From Octopus vulgaris (Eukaryota), in assembly GCA_951406725.2 (NCBI GenBank), contig OX597818.1:36456001-36520000 (forward strand): a DNA stretch of 64,000 bases, read 5' to 3'. This document shows positions 1 to 16,844 of the stretch, piece by piece. A program made the position numbers and the translations under genes. Below the pieces are notes generated by a model. That model worked only from the letters and a program-made list of their open reading frames with translations, searched no databases and was not told where the DNA came from. Each line of letters starts with the position of its first letter. Within the stretch, counting starts at the first letter, position 1.

Positions 1-729
1 GTTAACAATGGTATATTGAACCATATTGCCCGTAGTACTAAACTGGTACATATTTTAGCAACTTAACGGTACAAAGAGCCATTGGCATTCACTGAACATA
101 CAAGGCACAGCGAGGTAACATAATACCGTTGAGCATTTTGTCCACAGCTCTATCGATTTTGCCAATCTGTTACCTTTCAAAGGTATTATAGTAATACAAT
201 TACCAGTATTATTGTAAATATAATTACGATAAGGTAATCTAGAACCCTTTTTTGACAGAACAAATGTATATATTTTTAATGAGTTAGAAACAGCAGATAA
301 ACCGGTAGCCAAAGCTCCATCTAATCAAGTCCTACTGTTTTTTCTTCGCGAACAGTGAAGTACAGGCAACGTTGTCCAACTTGTGTTCTTATTTGACTAC
401 ATTATGATTTATGGAAGGTCTGGCTGCTACATCTAGCAAATCCAATGGCAACTTGTAGCCTGCAGCATTGCCTTACAAAGTGGATGTTTCTGGCGTTGGC
501 GTCCTGTAACCCCAATGGCAACGAGATCTGTGCTGTGATTAAACGTAATATAACCGTGACCACCCTATCATTTTCAAGTTATGTGAGACTATATTATCTA
601 ATGTGTCAGCTCCCGAAACAGGAAGCTGGGATACGAGCGAGATTTGTTAGCTGTTTCCAGTACGGTTAGGGACCATGTATCTATCTTTGTAGTGTAGCTA
701 TAGATGTGTTATATTAGTTCAGCCATGTA

Positions 730-966
730 AGGCGGCGAGCTGGCAGAATCGTTAGCACGCCGGGCGAAATGCTTAGCGGTATTTCGTCTGCCGTTACGTT
801 CTGAGTTCAAATTCCGCCGAGGTCAACTTTGCCTTTCATCCTTTCGGAGTCGATTAAATGATAAGTACCAGTTACGCATTGGGGTCGATATAATCGATTT
901 AACCCGTTTGTCTGTCCTTGTTTGTCCCCTCTGTGTTTAGCCCCTTGTGAGTTGTAAAGAAATAGG
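730..966 (+). mobile_element. tRNA-derived SINE with Nin/Deu-like central domain (long-tail subtype)
   Basis: GGCGGCGAGCTGGCAG head, B-box GAGTTCAAATTCC, central GCCTTTCATCCTTTCGGAGTCGAT...AAGTACCAG; more than 12 related copies in the window. Confidence 0.85.
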
Positions 967-1127
967 TATTTCGCCCGTCTTGACGTTCTGAGTTCAAATT
1001 CCGCCGAGGTCGACTTCACCTTTCATCCTTTCGGGGGTTATAATATAAGTATCAGTTGAGCACTGGGGTCGATGTAATTGGCTTATCCCCTTCCCTGAAC
1101 TTGCTGGCCTTGCACAAAAATTTGAAG
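967..1127 (+). mobile_element. 5'-truncated copy of the same SINE (short-tail subtype)
   Basis: GTTCTGAGTTCAAATTCCGCCGAGGTCGAC...GAGCACTGGGGTCGATGTAAT...AAATTTGAA. Confidence 0.8.
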
Positions 1128-2059
1128 TGAAATTAGTTCAGCCATTATAGTATGCACAGCATTAATTTCTAATGAAAACAGTCAGGTAATTGTTGAGAAG
1201 AGTCAGAGTCCAATGAATTTCCCACTGTAGATCACTGGTACTTCAGTTTATTCCCCATTAGGATTAAAATCAAGATTAAACCGGTCCAAAGAATTATTAG
1301 TATTACTTGATTAAAGAAAAAAAAAATATCTCCATAGTATCGTAGAAGGTAAGATTCGAAAACGTTTTCGTTTGGTAAAGAAGTTAATCAAATGTGAAAA
1401 TCCAAGGGATTGAGTAACAGAATGCGACTTTATTTATTTACGGATTACACCTGTCAAATAGTAGAAATAAATCCTTATAATATAGTTCACAAGACAGATT
1501 AAAGAATGACTCATTATCTAACAAGCTTAAGACAAGGTTTTCTAAAAACAATTTAGATGCCATTGCTATGTTGCAAGTGAAATATTTCAAAACAATCCTA
1601 ATAAATACACCCCAGGCAAGACATCCCTTCAGATAAATGAGGTGTTCATGTTTAAACTCGCAAGGATGAGTATTATAGTTCTTAATCTTTATTTCTCAAA
1701 TACGGTGCTGTGCCTTTTTAAAACATTTTCACGACTTAATTTCATAACATCTATTATTTCATTGTGAAGAATATTCATACCAATTAGGGATATGTGCTTA
1801 CTAGAAATATCAGCCATATACTTACTCAAATTTCACCTAGGATCATTAGAATTATGAACGTATTGGATACGGCAGTTTTAAAGTAATCTTGAACCAATTT
1901 TGAATGTGAATACGAATGGTATATTTGCGTGAATGCTTTGGTCTATTGTCATAATTTAGTTCACATATTTACAACTTCATACGCGCATACGCACGCACAT
2001 GCACACATATACATGTATGTATTATTATGTATGTCAATTCTATTTTTAATTATTATAAA

Positions 2060-2400
2060 TCTTCCATTGAGGAGAGGGAGCCGGTTTCCATCAAAGATAC
2101 AAGGGTCCATCTTTGGGATGTAGTTAACACAGACAAATTCACATTTGGAACTTGAGAAAAGTCTTGCATATTTTTACTGTTCCACTCACAGATTGCACTT
2201 GTAATGTACGAATTAGCCGGTCGATTTCTCTTTCTGAAAATCCCAGTTTATCCATATTCTCCTTTAAGCATTTACTAACAAAACCTAGTGCTTCAATTAT
2301 TATTGGTATAAATATGAATTCATAGTCTGGATATGGAAGCTAGAGGTTTCGAAGTAATTGTCCATATATATCCTATTTTTCTTTGATTTTCAAAGAGCTA
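2060..2400 (-). mobile_element. 3' fragment of an REL-type (R2-group) non-LTR retrotransposon
   Basis: Minus-strand translation IYGQLLRNL*LPYPDYEFIFIPIIIEALGFVSKCLKENMDKLGF...SGTVKICKTFLKFQM* matches the REL C-terminus pattern (KY..L...P+++GALG). Confidence 0.65.
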
Positions 2401-2802
2401 TTTATATCTGCAAAGCAGCTGACCTCTATGACAGTACATACCATGCCCCTCTGTCCCAAACATGTAGGTATGTATATATGTATATCCTTTTTATTCTTGT
2501 ACTTTACTTGTTTCAGTCATTTGATTGCGGCCATGCAATTCAGGTACGTCTTCTCAGGATAGGTGCAAGCGAGTGGCAACAATTTCGCTTTGCAACCACT
2601 CTACACCGAGTTGAGTGCCACCGCGTGGACTTGAGCAAGTGTCTTCCACTAATGTTCCCGGTGGACCAAAGCTTTGTGAGTGGATTTCATAGAAAGAAAT
2701 TGAAATATAAACGTTCTAAAACAGCCATAGATTTTTATCTCATTCTGAAAAAAATTATATATATGTATAAATATATATATATATTCAATATGTGACCGCG
2801 TG

Positions 2803-2977
2803 TGTAACGTTGGCGGTTTTCTTTCTCTGTCTTCCCTTCTCTGGACTTTTTCTATGTTTATGATGAAGAGCTCCGCTCGAAACGTGAAGTCCTCTTTTTC
2901 TGAGCGTCCAATAACACACTACTTGTACCACGTCCTCGCGTTGTTGCTTTTTTTTGCTTCTTCACGTTTGGATTGAT

Positions 2978-2980
<3 letters not shown>
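2803..2980 (+). mobile_element. Short HHR-bearing repeat (family A) with a decayed hammerhead at 2856-2890
   Basis: Homologous to 24144-24515; GTTT-ATGATGA-AGAGCTCCGCTC-GAAACGTG; followed by (TA)n. Confidence 0.75.
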
Positions 2981-3016
<36 letters not shown>

Positions 3017-3242
3017 TGGTGTGCTCTCAAGCCACCAACCATTAGGGTTTGAAGAGATTCTGTAAAGCTAAGCGCTTTGTGGACGTGAAATCCAAGGTGA
3101 CCACGCAGACTGGCCATATCTATATGTATCTAATTACTCTACTGCTCTATAACTTCGAGTGCTTCTCTTTCGGATTTATGATTTACACGTATATACGTAT
3201 ATACACGTGTATATATACACACACACATGTATATAAGTATGT

Positions 3243-3281
<39 letters not shown>

Positions 3282-3289
3282 GATTTATC

Positions 3290-3480
3290 CTCTGCAACCG
3301 CTTGACGACCAGTGTTGGTTTGTTTATGTCCCTTTATCGTAGCGCTTCGGCAAAAGATGATGAGATAATTACTGCTAGGCTTTCAAACATGTAAAGACAG
3401 GTGTCGATTCGTTTGGCTAAAACCTTTCAATGCGGTGCCCCAGCATGGCCGCAGTCTAATGACTAAAACAATTAAAATAT
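3290..3480 (+). mobile_element. 3' half of the microsatellite-containing SINE family seen at 13950-14405
   Basis: CTTGACGACCAGTGTTGG...GTGCCCCAGCATGGCCGCAGTCTAATGACTAAAAC matches 14221-14400; further pieces at 2490-2545 (-) and 2610-2705 (+). Confidence 0.7.
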
Positions 3481-5356
3481 ATATAAATAAGTTTACTAAT
3501 TTGAAAATTAATGAAAGCATTTTCCATAAAATAAAAAATTGTAGACTAAAAACTGGCGTAGATTATAAGTGATATCTAACATTATCACGAACGATAGAAG
3601 AAATCGACTTGAGCCCGTCCCCAATATATCACTGGTGGATATTTTACCTGGTTTCAGAATGATAAGAGACAAAGCTGGCACCTGCGAAATTTGAACTCAA
3701 AATATAAAGGGAAGTAACTAAACGTCACAGAGTTATGAGCCAACACTCACTCGCATCTAATTTCCCTCTATTTCCCATTATTTTTAATCCGTATGTATGA
3801 TTGTGCTGTCCGAAGCAAACGGGTATTTAGATGTAATTCTGTAGGAGACGTTCATTCATGTAGTTTATGAAATAAATTCTTTTATTTAGACATCTTAATC
3901 TAGATTTCAATCACTGCGGGAAAATTTCAGCTACACAAAAATTAATTTTTATACTTTTTCTTTTTTTCTATGCAAAAATCTTGCTTAATATAAACTGGCG
4001 ATTTTTAATTTAAGACTTACTTATGAAACTGAATTGAAAAATTAGTCTCATAAATAAACTCCTTTCATTCGTGCGTGTGTATATGAAGGAAGAAAGTTTT
4101 CGTATATAGATGCAGATTTTAAAAAATATATGTGAGACAAAGAACTAATCACTATTCAGTATTGAAATAATTCTTTGCGTTGTCATTTAAGCCGAACCTG
4201 TAACCCTTAAATTTTTACTTAAATTCATACGTAGATACTTTTATCGAGGGAAAAGCTATACTGTAAGGACAAATTTATTTTCGAACAGTTGAGAAATACA
4301 AACATGAAGGGAAAAATGTTCACTTTGATTACTCTTTAGTTCGCTTCGACAACACGGTGGGAGACAGACAGCAAACGTATGTTGGCAAGAGACTCACTGA
4401 ATCCATCAGCATATGGTGGCGGGGAGGGGTGCAGTATCTCGTACCAGCCACGCAAAACTTGATGATGACGTAATTGTTTTCGATTTTTATTGTTTATTGT
4501 TTCAGTCTCAGCTTTTCAACGAGAAAATGGGTTGATAAAAACTATTGATCTTTTGATTTTATAGATTTCAAATAGACTTTATATCAAAAAAATTAAAATA
4601 GGAATATACACATACACACATGTGTTTATGTGCATGCGTGTGTGTATAACGTGCACCAGGTGTAAGCTGGAAAATCTATCATCACTGATTTAATATTTCT
4701 GCAGGTGTACCAAAGTATATCTTTCTTTCTATTAGCCCGCAGGACGGTATGTTTATAAAGGAATGCTATGTATGAAAATGTGACGTTCATAAATTAACCA
4801 AGCTTAATTAAATGAAGATCGGGTCGCAAAGTAACTCAGTAATTAGACTTTGTTATTGTTATCATTGTCGCTGTTTAACACCGGGTCGACAAACCCTTGA
4901 TTCAGAGACATTCCACCAGTAAACATACCGTCATTCTAAAGATATCTAGGACTACATTATTCAAATTATTACACCTATTTCTTGATGCGGTAGGGTATGT
5001 TTAAGGGATATTTGGATACGATATCTAACAACATGAACGACCATCTTGAGATCCCCTCCCCTTGTATATTCCTAACGATATGTATCGAAGAATTACTCAT
5101 ATTTTAGAAACTAGTGGCCATCTGCTTTGACAATGGCTATTACAGACACATAATGAAAGCCATAGGGAGATAGGTATAAATGTGTCTCCGACAATTATAA
5201 TAAAGGGAAAAACACGAGATATTTCATATTTTGTAATATCTCGTATTTTGGTGGGATTTTTTTCTTTGTATATTTTTTCTTTTTTGTTCCAGAGTTGAAG
5301 TCTGATGTAGCAGACTTAGTGTGTATTGAATACGATTTAAATTCGTTCGTAATAAC

Positions 5357-5467
<111 letters not shown>

Positions 5468-6584
5468 CATACATATATACATACATACTTGAATATACAG
5501 AAACATACAAGAAGTGCACATATACACACACATATATGCATGTATGTAAGTTAATACACATGCACACTTATCTATATGGGCATACGTACAAGGCACACAT
5601 ACACATAGATATGTGTGTGCATGCGTGTATGTATATGTATATACATATATGAATGTAGTATGAAAAGTAATTTTTCCAATATATATGTGACACGTAGCTT
5701 TAGGTACTCGCGACACACTTCTATATTAAAAGCATCTAAAACCATAAACAATATGTAGGAGAGAATATATTGCAATTTATTTACGTAACAAAGCCTTTAA
5801 TATTTGCGTACTTATTATACATATTTAAAGATCCTATGAATATGCGTGTGTTATATATTTATGTCTTCTCTGGCTGTGCGTGTGTGTATGAGCTTGAGCA
5901 GGTGTGAGCGTGTATGTGTGTATGATGGGATTCGTATAGCTGTATATTACTCTTTGTGTACCCAAATACACACACTCTTTGATGAATGGCTAAGAAGTTT
6001 CCACTGACATTTTGTCTTGATCACGTTACTTGTGCAGCCACTTCTTCCCACTTAAGCTGTTCTCTTCCACCGGAGAGCGTATCAATATCACTTCCGTTTT
6101 ATAACGATCGACTTAAAGTGTTTACATTTTTAAAAGCAGCATCGCTGTATAGTCAATTTATAAATACGTAATTAATATGCATACACAATACCTCACAAAT
6201 AAAACATACATACAATATCGCAAAGCCATTCAGACAAGTATACGGACAAATATTTATACTTTTATTCATTGAAAATCCACTTATAAACTTTGAAATCATA
6301 TAAATACATACATTCGATTTGCATATATGTCTGCATATACATACGTGTTATATGTACGTGTGTATGATGCGTTTCTGCGCATGTGTGCATGCGTGTTTGC
6401 GTAAGTGTATGCGTGTGTATTGGTGCGTCTGTGTGTGTATATGTGTGTGTGTTTCTGTGTGTGTGTGTGTACTGAAATGCGATTTATTCAACATTCAAAT
6501 AAAGGCATGTAATTTGTCGACGTACGTGCAGAGTATTCAAACCTATGGTACTTACAACCGTTGTTACATACGATGTTTATTCAT

Positions 6585-7612
<1,028 letters not shown>

Positions 7613-8053
7613 ATTGTCAACATTATCACGAAAATTCGTAATTATTCTCTCTGACGAGCGCTTCTTCATAAATAAAAATAATTATAAATATAAACACAGA
7701 CGTGGTAATAAACAAACGAGTTACACACTTATGATCTGTCCTTCTAATGTTGTTGAACAATACAAACTAGTTTTACATGTGGTTCTTTTGTTTCCATAAT
7801 TCTATATTAATAAAATACTGTTTTCTCCCATATTTTGAAGTTGTTTTGTATTCAATTTAACACGAATATGGAGGGGATTTTGAGTGTGCACACAAATTAA
7901 GGAGCGGGAACTTGTAGATATTTACGTGCATATATGTAAGTACGTGTGGGCATACACACACACATGTATATATGTATATGCGTATGTACATACGATATCA
8001 ATATATATGTGTGTGTATGATATAGATAGATAAATAAGATAGATAGATTGATT

Positions 8054-8129
<76 letters not shown>

Positions 8130-8431
8130 GAAAAGACGCACAGACACACGTGTGTGTGTGATAATAGATAGATAGATTAGATAGATAGATTCAGTATTAG
8201 ATATAAATATTCTACGGATGCAAGATATTCTTTATATATGATAAACACAAACACACAAAAAGAAAAATCAACAAAGCGTCTTGTATTAGTGAATTCCCAT
8301 AAATCCAGAGATAATCACATCCGTCGTTACAGAGATATTCTTATATCCATGTTACCGTCAGATATGAGACATCGAAAGACAAACTCTGAGTAGCGAGGAT
8401 GTGCAAAAACCAGCTTCGTACTACATGTATA

Positions 8432-8482
<51 letters not shown>

Positions 8483-8831
8483 TTAAATATATACATATGT
8501 ATTTATATATATATATATATATATACCACATCGTGTATTGAATACATGTTCATAGATACGTACATATACATACATACATACATCTACACACACACATTTA
8601 TATATATACGTGCATGTATACATGCATGCATACATATACGTTGATGTGGTTATTAAGATAAGAGCGTGTGCATGTGTATCAGGTTGCGCGTGCGCGTGGA
8701 GCGTACGTGGATGCATGTGTATGAGGGAATGATAAAAAGATTAATCAATAAATTCGCACGCATGCAAATGCGTCCATACTAAGAGACATATAGCCATACA
8801 CACATAGAAACACAAACACATATATGTGTGC

Positions 8832-8890
<59 letters not shown>

Positions 8891-9279
8891 ATCACACACA
8901 TACACATTTTATATACCTATATATTATATATATAGGTATATTGCTTATATTATATATTTATGTATATTTTATATACATTCACACATGCATACTTATGTAT
9001 GCACGGATACCAATAGTTTATATTTTATATACGCAAAAGTATCTCTCTTCCGTTTGCGTGTAAACATTTTCATATTATTATTCATATTATTATTCTTCCG
9101 CTTCTAAATACGTATTTCTCCCATATTTTAATTGTGTGTGTTGTATGTCAATTTAACACGAATATGTTTATATTGCACACAAATAGCGGGAATTGTAGAT
9201 ATTTACGTCTTATGTTACGTTTATAAAAGAATGTTTTGTATATGCGTTGTTACGATTTTATATTTTGATTTTGCTTTTC

Positions 9280-9657
9280 TAGACTTGGCCAGGTTTAAAA
9301 GTCAGGGTCCTCTACGTAAAAATATTAACCGAAAGTAATCAAAGAGATATGAAAGTGAAATCTTAGAAGGTAATATCTCGTAGATTAAACATTACGTAAG
9401 AATGAAAGATCATTCGTCTTTGTTGTTTTCTGGTAGAAGTTTTTTTTCTCTAACATGTATGCATGTTCTTTCTAAATTGTGCTAGGTTTCAGGGTTCTTA
9501 CGTAAAATTTAAGAAAGTCTAACCATCTAGATAGTTTCTTAGAATGATACATTATTCTCGTTTAAACATTACGTAAATACTAAACGTAGCTTTAATTTTA
9601 TTAGTTCCACACTTTCTGGTAGAAGTTTTGTTTATCTCTAACATGTTGCATGTTCTA
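9280..9657 (+). repeat. Diverged tandem duplication, unit about 190 bp
   Basis: CAGGGT..TACGTAAAA, TTAAACATTACGTAA and TTCTGGTAGAAGTTTT..TCTCTAACATGT..GCATGTTCT each occur twice in the same order. Confidence 0.75.
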
Positions 9658-9832
9658 ATAACGTGGTATTATTCGTCCTTGTTTAGCCCCAGGTCAGCTC
9701 TTACTAACCAGATCTACCATAAAGCGATCCTCTTCTGACCATCCCCCCTTATTTATTTTTCGTTTATTTATTCTAAACTGCGAGAAATCTTTCAAAATAA
9801 AAAATGAAACATTGAATTTTAAGTTGTTCTTT

Positions 9833-9872
<40 letters not shown>

Positions 9873-9982
9873 TGTATATAATATACATATGTGTGTGTGT
9901 GAGTGTATGTGATAGTTGTTAGTGTTTATATATCTACATTTATCTATATTTGTCTATATCTATCCACCTATCGATCTATCTA

Positions 9983-10049
<67 letters not shown>

Positions 10050-10084
10050 AGGATAAGTAGGCAGTCAGAATTTTGGATAATTCT

Positions 10085-10124
10085 TTATTAGCGCTTTCAT
10101 TCGTTTATCGAACTCGTCAAGTCA
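10085..10124 (-). ncRNA. Degenerate minimal type I hammerhead motif
   Basis: Minus: TTGACGA-GTTCG-ATAAA-CGAAT-GAAA-GCGC-TA; C3 mutated, stem I weak. Confidence 0.4.
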
Positions 10125-10360
10125 AAATCAAAACACACACACACACACACATATGCACGTATACAGGAACATGTATGTGTGTTTGTGCGTCTCTGTCTCT
10201 CTGCCTGTGTATATGCGTATGCGTGTGTGTCAGTGCCTGTGTACGTGTATAGTTGTGTGTGTGTGTGTGTGTAGTGTATGCCTGTGTGTGTGTGTGTTTG
10301 TGTGTATGTGTAAAAGACAGTATGGGATTAAGGAGTAGAGACAGAGAATGCTATATTTAG

Positions 10361-10411
<51 letters not shown>

Positions 10412-10865
10412 TACACATACATTTTATAATTCTATTATATATTAGGTATATTCGTTTATTATAGTTCATCATATTTTATATACACACACACACACTGTAT
10501 GCACGGAACATGTTTATATTGTTTATAGCGTCTCTCTCTTCCGTTTGGACTTATGTTGTTTTTTTTTATTACTGTTAAGTGGTGTGTTGTTTCAATTATG
10601 TGCACGAATGCATACGTATATATACATCTGTATATAGTCTGTATTTTCGTTCTGATTATCATCTTTTTTTTGTGTCCGTTTTTGGAGTATTAGATGAATG
10701 CTTTTAGTTCCATATGCGAGATTAACTTATTTGGAGCTACCATTGACTTAACTATATATTCGCACATTCTGATTATAAAGTCATATCGTCATTTGTTTTT
10801 TTAGTGATGTTTTTTTTCTTACTTTTATATTTTTACCTTTTGTTCTTTAGATTATATCAGTTTCT

Positions 10866-12229
<1,364 letters not shown>

Positions 12230-12232
<3 letters not shown>

Positions 12233-12404
12233 TGTTTGAAAAACCTTGTTAAACTGCTGCCCTAGATATTTTCAACGATAAATGGCAAGGAAAACCTCCA
12301 AATGTCAAATACCTGAAGAGAGCTAATAATGTTGATACTCTCTCCATGTGCAACATTCTTGTGACAAAACAATAACAACAATAATAATTACAATAATAAT
12401 AATA

Positions 12405-12462
<58 letters not shown>

Positions 12463-13560
12463 TGTTTGAAAAACCTTGTTAAACTGCTGCCCTAGATATT
12501 TTCAACGATAAATGGCAGGAAAACCTCCAAATGTCAAATACCTGAAGAGAGCTAATAATTTGATATCGACAAAGCCTTTACTCATTAATGGTTAGCGTCT
12601 TCTGGCTGAAAATCAGAGACTCAGAGGGGTTAATCATAGCAGCCTAGGATGAATGCCTACCTACAAGAAACTATCAGGCCAACATCTTAATGAACAGCAA
12701 TAGCCCAACATATTGTTTGTGTAAACAAAGGCTAAAACCATCGCTCGTGCTCTCTCCATGTGCAACATTCTTGTGCCCACAAAGTATCTCAACTGGCATG
12801 ATAGAGCAGTACAGTATATTCACTGGGTAATTTGCACGGACCTGGATACCTACCACATGATAGAAACTGGTGGAAATACAAACCACCTCCAGTGCTTGAA
12901 AATGATCACATCTCACTCCTTTGAAACTTTACTGCTCAAACTGACAGAAAGATAGATGCAAATATACCAGACTATGTTAAAGGATTTCAGACAAAAATCA
13001 TGTCTCTTCGTTGACATGACTGCTCCAATCGACATAAATATGTTTGTCAAGACCTACCAAATACTGATCAAATATAGAGATCTTGAAATAGAAATTTGCA
13101 ATATGTGGAACCTCACGACTAAAACAATACTTGTTGTCATAGGTGCACTAAGGATGATAACAAAAGGGCTTGATTGATACAAGAAACCCCAAAATGGAAG
13201 AAATTCAAAAAAATAGTGCTTGCTCGTGGGAGCTAATATTGTTTATGTGATTCTAAAAACATTTTAATTAGTAAACATCAAAAGTACTTTTAAATGAACA
13301 TAATAGCAAACGAATTCGACAGTCATCTTAACATCACACTATCATCTTATCATCAAATTATTTTTAAAACAAACTTTTGATTTCCTTATATTTTGTCAGA
13401 CATTCTCTAGAACAATACTCTGTGCAAAACCAAACATATTGTACCCTAATCACAATACCAGCTTGAACTTCCAGTTTGTTGTCTTTTGAAGTCTCCGAGT
13501 GAGACTTGGAGTCAACTTGTATAAACACAAAGCAAAAGCCAAACTTATAATGAAACTTAT
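12230..13560 (+). mobile_element. Decayed R4/Dong-type LINE, 3' part
   Basis: Fragments SGLKSE..GLIIAA*DECLPTRNYQANI, YLNWHDRAVQYIHWVIC, KYRDLEIEICNMWNLTTKTILVVIGALRMI; preceded by (TAA)n. Confidence 0.85.
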
Positions 13561-13949
13561 ATTATTGTTCTTATTGTTGCTGTCTTTGTTGTTCTTGTTT
13601 TCGTAGTTATTATTATTAATTTTATTTTTGAGATCACATTTGAAAGTGCATGGAAATGCATCTCCCTTACGGAAATGCGTTACAAAAAAAAAGTGATTTT
13701 CCCATACATTAATTGCAAGACGGATAGTTGGGTATATTTGTCTTGTTCTCACTCTCGAGTATTTATCCAATTATTTCGGATAATTTATTCTCTATCCATT
13801 TAATATGATGGAAGAAAGTTAACATTGTTTTCTTCAACTGCATTATTTTGGTAAGTCGACAAGCATCGTTGTTGGGTTCTCAAAATGGCTACGTCAGAGG
13901 TAATAGGAATACACACTAGTCACAATATCGAAGAAATTTAAAAGTTTAC

Positions 13950-14096
13950 ACGTGGCTGTGTGGTAAGAAGCTTGCTTACCAACCACATGGTTTGGGGTTC
14001 AGTTCCATTGCGTGGGCAACTTTTTTCTACTGTAGTTTCGGTCCGATCAAAGCCTTGTGAGTGGATTTGGTAGACGGAAACTGGAAAAAGCCCGTT

Positions 14097-14170
<74 letters not shown>

Positions 14171-14405
14171 TTGTGTGTGTGTGTGTGTGTGTTTTTGGTT
14201 GTGACTGTCACCTACCACATCTTGACAACCGGTGTTGGTGTGTTTACGTTCCAGTAAATCTGCGGTTCAGATAAAAGACCGTTAGAATTAGTAGTAGGCC
14301 TTAAAAAAATAATGTCCTGGGGTCAGTTTGTTCGACTAATAACCTTTCAAAGCAAGTGCCCCAGCATGGTCGAAGTCAAATGACTGAAACAAGTAAAAGA
14401 TAGAA
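13950..14405 (+). mobile_element. tRNA-derived SINE with internal (TA)(TG) microsatellite
   Basis: A-box TGGCTGTGTGG, B-box-like GGTTCAGTTCC, body AAAGCCTTGTGAGTGGATTTGGTAGACGGAAACTG, tail ...ATGACTGAAACAAGTAAAAGA; several partial copies. Confidence 0.8.
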
Positions 14406-14755
14406 AATTTTTAAAAAGCCTGGGAAATAAAACGTAATATAGAGTCGAAAATGTTAAGTGATTTTTTTTTTAATGATAGAACAATATTAACTAACAATCC
14501 ACAGAGCACCAACGAATTTTTTGCTAACGCTACAAGTCACATGCAAGTACCAAACATGGATTAGCTATAATAATAAAAAAAAAAAACTTTTATATCGCTA
14601 AATATAGTGCTTGCTTTCCTGAAATTCATAATTAACAAAGAGTAAAAATGAAGTAGTAATAATAATAATAATAATAATAATAATAGTAGTAATTATTATT
14701 ATTATTATTATCATTATTATTATTATTATTATCATGATAGTAATAATAATAATCA

Positions 14756-14918
14756 TTTCTACTAGAAGCACAAGGCCTCAAATTTGGGTGAAGGTATTAG
14801 GTCGAATACTTTGACCCCTGTCCGTAACTGGTATCTATTTAATCGACCCCCGAAAGTATGAAAGGCAAAGTCGACGTCGGCGTAAATTTTGCCCGGCGTG
14901 CTCTGCCAGCTCGCCGCC
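14756..14918 (-). mobile_element. Nin/Deu-like SINE, internally deleted
   Basis: Reverse complement of head and core of 730-966. Confidence 0.75.
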
Positions 14919-14959
14919 TTAATAATAATAATAATAATAATAATGATAACGACGACGAC

Positions 14960-15013
<54 letters not shown>

Positions 15014-15669
15014 CTGAATAGTAACTTTCTCGTAAAAGTAATACTGAAAGGCTCACTTCCCAAAGATGGTAAGCGTCATTTTATACTTGTGACCAATACT
15101 GTCTGCGTATTACTTAAATTTTGAGTTTTATTATAAGTAACTTTTCCAATATTAATCGTCTATTTGGTGGGTGGGGGGATTCTGAGGGGTAAAACTGTTA
15201 TCAGCTAATATATTCTTATTTACTTAATTTGCATGATAGGGCATTGCAATTGCTCCTTACTAGAAGTACATAATGAGTCGAAAGGAGTGTTGTAGCTTTT
15301 GTAACCAATGTAATAGTTGTAGTCGTGAAGTTTGCATCGCGTGCGTATGCATTCGAATTTATATATCGCATTTATTTGCAGCTTGTTCTTAAGCTCACTG
15401 GCTTGTACTTCTTACTAATAAGATGTCTAATTTTTATTTTAATCCTGTGTTAGTTTATTATTACAACACTAATAATGTTTAACACGTTAATAATATTTTT
15501 CACATTATTACAACGCTAATAATATTTGTTTCTAGCAGGTCGAGCACACACATTAGGGTTCTTTCATTTAACACTTTGAAAAGCAATAATATACACCAGT
15601 CGATTCAATTCTTTATACATTTCTCTTACAGATTATCGACTTTGTGCCGCGTTAATGAATGAATCGCTA

Positions 15670-15830
15670 CGCAGTCGTTCGACCTGCTAGAAATAACTAA
15701 CAAATCTCCCTCAAATCCCGCTCTTCTGTCATAAATAGAAAAGAATACATTGGCTGATAAATTCTCTGGTATACAAAAATACGAGATGGTCGCAGCTGGA
15801 ACGCTTTTGATCCCAGATCTGCTGAACGAG
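15670..15830 (-). repeat. Dispersed ancient repeat ending ...GATTTGAGGGAGATTTGNNNGYTATTTCTAGCAGGTCGA
   Basis: Related decayed copies at about 4870-5060, 9680-9750, 16400-16660, 25060-25240 (-), 49430-49560. Confidence 0.5.
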
Positions 15831-16844
15831 AACTGACATTGAACCAATGTAAGAAATAATTCTTCTCATTGATATGCAAAAGGCAGCATCGTTAGAATAT
15901 CGAAAAATAAACCTTGCCGTATTTTTTCAAATTATTTACGTTCTGTGTTCAAATTCATCCCAAGTCAAATTTGCCTTTATCTTTCTCTGGGTTCGATTAA
16001 ATAAAACCAAAATCACGTACTGAGTCGAGTAAATAGACTAACATTTTCCTCTGAAATTTCAGGCTCTGGACTTATTTTAAACATAATTATTTATTCACTA
16101 AGCAAAATAAGAAAACGAACCGTAGTGCATCGAAAGAAAGAAATACACTACAGTATCAATCGTAACTAGTCTATATATCCAGTTAGAATCCAGCTGCAGT
16201 AAGCCTTCTCTCTCTTTCATCTACCAATGAGCAAACCATTATTTACAAAAGAGTGTACAAATGACAACGGCAAACCACCAGTTAAAATAACTTTCGGTAT
16301 GTAGTTACGTTCCTTTATAATCTAAGTTCAAGTAAATTGCACTGAGAATGGACTTTGATTTCCCCTCGTCCAGAGTCGATTTTGTTATTATTTTTCTTGT
16401 TGTTTAGGTCGAAGCCCCTATTAAGGAAACCTTTAATCTAAAAATATTCCAGTTGTAACCTTTCTACAATTTTCACAGAACGATATTATCAAATAGCAGC
16501 TTTTTCTCGAATGTTAAGTTGTATTGAAAGAAATATTTTCATAAGCCATGCCGTATTTTTTTTCAAATTATTTACGTTCTGAGTTCAAATCCATTCCAAG
16601 TCAACTTCGCCTTTATCTTTCTCCGTATTTAGCAGGTTCAGCAACCACGTAGAGGTTCCTTCGTTGATAAAGTAAGAACCCATCAAGTACCTAGGTAGTC
16701 GATATATATTGACTGTGTCCTGTCTCTCAAAACGTGTACTCTGTGACAAAGCAAGAAATTACTATTAACAAGAAAGTATTTTGTAGAAATAGTAGAATAC
16801 CGTGTTGAACATCTCTTAAATTCTTTAGTTTCGTTGAAGTGACG

